Source: Kofleriaceae bacterium (GTDB lineage Bacteria > Myxococcota_A > Polyangia > Haliangiales > Haliangiaceae). From it: a DNA stretch of 41,331 bases. The stretch spans positions 1 through 41,331 of the forward strand of contig JBKJLC010000167.1 in the NCBI GenBank assembly GCA_046597055.1, in the 5' to 3' direction. Both the position numbers and the translations under genes were made by a program. This document shows, in pieces, positions 39,858-41,331 of this stretch. Under the pieces are notes generated by a model. That model ran no database searches, was not told where the DNA came from, and saw only the letters and a program-made list of their open reading frames with translations. Every line of letters starts with the position of its first letter. Position 1 is the stretch's first letter.

Positions 39858-40718
39858 TCAGGTCCGGCGGGCCCAGGTGACCCGCGGCTGCTTGCCGAGG
39901 TCGCGCACGGTGGCCGCCGACGTGAACGCGCCGGTGGCGTCGAGTAGCGCGCGGACGGCCGCGTCCTGATCGAAGCCGTGCTCGAGCGCCACCAGGCCGC
40001 CGGGGGCGAGGCGGGCGGGCAGGGCGGCGATGATCCGACCGAGCAGGACCAGGCCATCGGCGCCGCCATCGAGCGCCAGCTTCGGCTCGCGCTGGACCTC
40101 GCGATCCAGCGTGGCGATGACCGCGGTCGGGATGTACGGCGGGTTGGACACGATGAGGTCGAACACCCGGTCGACGACCGGCTCGAACAGGTCGCCGGTG
40201 CGGACGTCGACCCGCTCGGCCACGCCGTTGCGCGCGGCGTTCTTCACCGCGACGGCGGCGGCCGGCGCCGACAGATCGGTCGCGATCACCTGGGCGGCCG
40301 GCAACTCGCGGGCGAGAGTGACCGCGAGGATGCCCGACCCGGTGCACAGGTCGAGCACCCGGCGCTCGGCGGCGCGGTCGCCGACCTGGTCGAGGACCAG
40401 CGTGATGACGGTCTCGGTGTCCTGGCGCGGGATCAGCACGTTCGCGTCGACGTCGAACGTGAGCGACCAGAACTCTTGATCGCCGACCAGATAGGCCAGC
40501 GGCTCGCCGCCGAGCCGCCGCTTGATCAGCTCGCGCGCGCGCGTGAGCTCGGCCTCGGCCAGCGGCCGGTCGAAGCCGGTGTACAGCTGCATGCGCGTGC
40601 AGTCGAGCGCGTGGGCGAGGAGCACCTGCGCCTCGAGCCGCGCCGCGTCCATGCCGGCGTCGGTGAAGCGCTTGATCGTCCACTCGAGGACGGCCGCGGT
40701 GGTCCAGGTGACGGTCAC
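39858..40718 (-). CDS. prmC: release factor glutamine methyltransferase (HemK/PrmC)
   Basis: GEPLAYLVG, VLIPRQDTE, LDLCTGSG, SNPPY, EPKLALDGG and LEHG motifs. GTG start at 40718. Confidence 0.95.
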   Translation of the reverse strand: MTVTWTTAAVLEWTIKRFTDAGMDAARLEAQVLLAHALDCTRMQLYTGFDRPLAEAELTRARELIKRRLGGEPLAYLVGDQEFWSLTFDVDANVLIPRQDTETVITLVLDQVGDRAAERRVLDLCTGSGILAVTLARELPAAQVIATDLSAPAAAVAVKNAARNGVAERVDVRTGDLFEPVVDRVFDLIVSNPPYIPTAVIATLDREVQREPKLALDGGADGLVLLGRIIAALPARLAPGGLVALEHGFDQDAAVRALLDATGAFTSAATVRDLGKQPRVTWARRT

Positions 40719-40883
40719 GTGCCCCGTGCGTAGCACGGGCGCGCGCCCCCGTGTGCCGCGCCCCGATGCCCGCACCGCCGATCCATGCCCCGCCGATCTC
40801 CGTCGCTCTCCGTCCCCCTCGCGCTCGCTCTCCTGGGCCTTCTCCTGCTCCAGCTCCTTCTCCGTCTCCCCCCGTCCATCCGG

Positions 40884-41331
40884 TCAGTCCTCCTGCGCCA
40901 CCCCGCCGAGCCAGATCGTCCTCGGCGCCGTCACCGCCAGCTTCCCGTCCGCGTCGAACGCCGCCGCCGCGATCCCCCGCAGCCCGACCCCGGCGTGCAC
41001 GCGGAAGTGGAACTCGTCGCCGTCCCGGTCGCACGAGATCGGCCCATCCTCCGGCGGGGACGCGCACGAAACGACGTACCTCGCGTCCGCGCTGGCCCAG
41101 GCGAGCACGACGTCGGTGAGCCCGGCGGCCGAGCGCGCATGCACGGTGATCGTGAGCCAGCGGTTGCCTGCCAGGCGGTCGCTCTCGAGCGTGAAGGCGA
41201 CCTCGGGACCCGCACCGGCGCGCCCAGCCTCAGCCGCCGCATCGGCATCGGCATCGGCATCGGCATCGGCATCGGCATCGGCATCGGCATCGGCATCGGC
41301 ATCGGCATCGGCATCGGCATCGGCATCGGCA
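40884..41331 (-). CDS. 3' part of a hypothetical protein with a poly-(Asp-Ala) tract (partial at window end)
   Basis: The frame stays open upstream of 41144: (AD)n-AAAEAGRAGAGPEVAFTLESDRLAGNRWLTITVHARS...WLGGVAQED*. Confidence 0.65.
   Translation of the reverse strand, partial: ADADADADADADADADADADADADADADADAAAEAGRAGAGPEVAFTLESDRLAGNRWLTITVHARSAAGLTDVVLAWASADARYVVSCASPPEDGPISCDRDGDEFHFRVHAGVGLRGIAAAAFDADGKLAVTAPRTIWLGGVAQED
41239..41331. repeat. hexanucleotide microsatellite (GCATCG) x 15.5, running off the window end
   Basis: Perfect tandem repeat read directly. Confidence 0.97.

Noticed and set aside
40931..41326. ORF beginning with (MP)n
   Set aside because: This is the wrong frame of the GCATCG microsatellite. 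The (AD)n frame is continuous with the protein-like 40884-41144 ORF.

Overview
High-GC bacterial chromosomal segment, most likely from a myxobacterium (Myxococcota; inferred from gene content and the 'LAACGDN' lipoprotein start). No CRISPR array, integrase or transposase was seen. In order, the window holds: the 3' end of an rsmB-like gene, rpe, an orphan receiver-XRE regulator and tRNA-Pro(CGG). Next is a tightly coupled three-gene operon that looks like a complete cytoplasm-to-surface electron conduit (a cNMP-like/4x[4Fe-4S]/di-heme-b inner-membrane protein, a periplasmic cytochrome c with 30 heme motifs in ten tri-heme modules, and an outer-membrane beta-barrel). This is followed by a 1909-aa surface lipoprotein with 13 tandem 87-aa Ig-like repeats, converging on a six-gene operon of three paralogous tail-collar proteins, a GNAT, a Tat NHL lipoprotein and a DUF6916-like protein. 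The right half carries a GreA/B-like factor, an LPG-synthase-type membrane protein, a Cys-rich repeat lipoprotein, a 59-aa zinc-ribbon ORF missing from the ORF track, a PepSY-TM protein, a five-gene MoxR/DUF58/VWA operon, an ArnT/GT-C glycosyltransferase, a PLP aminotransferase, a MOFRL glycerate kinase, a GspG-like fusion and prmC. The window ends inside a (GCATCG)n tract of a truncated gene. Codon style and GC appear to shift near 4.7 kb, inside a gene, which suggests a mosaic locus or a chimeric assembly. All family calls come from motif recognition by eye, not from database searches.
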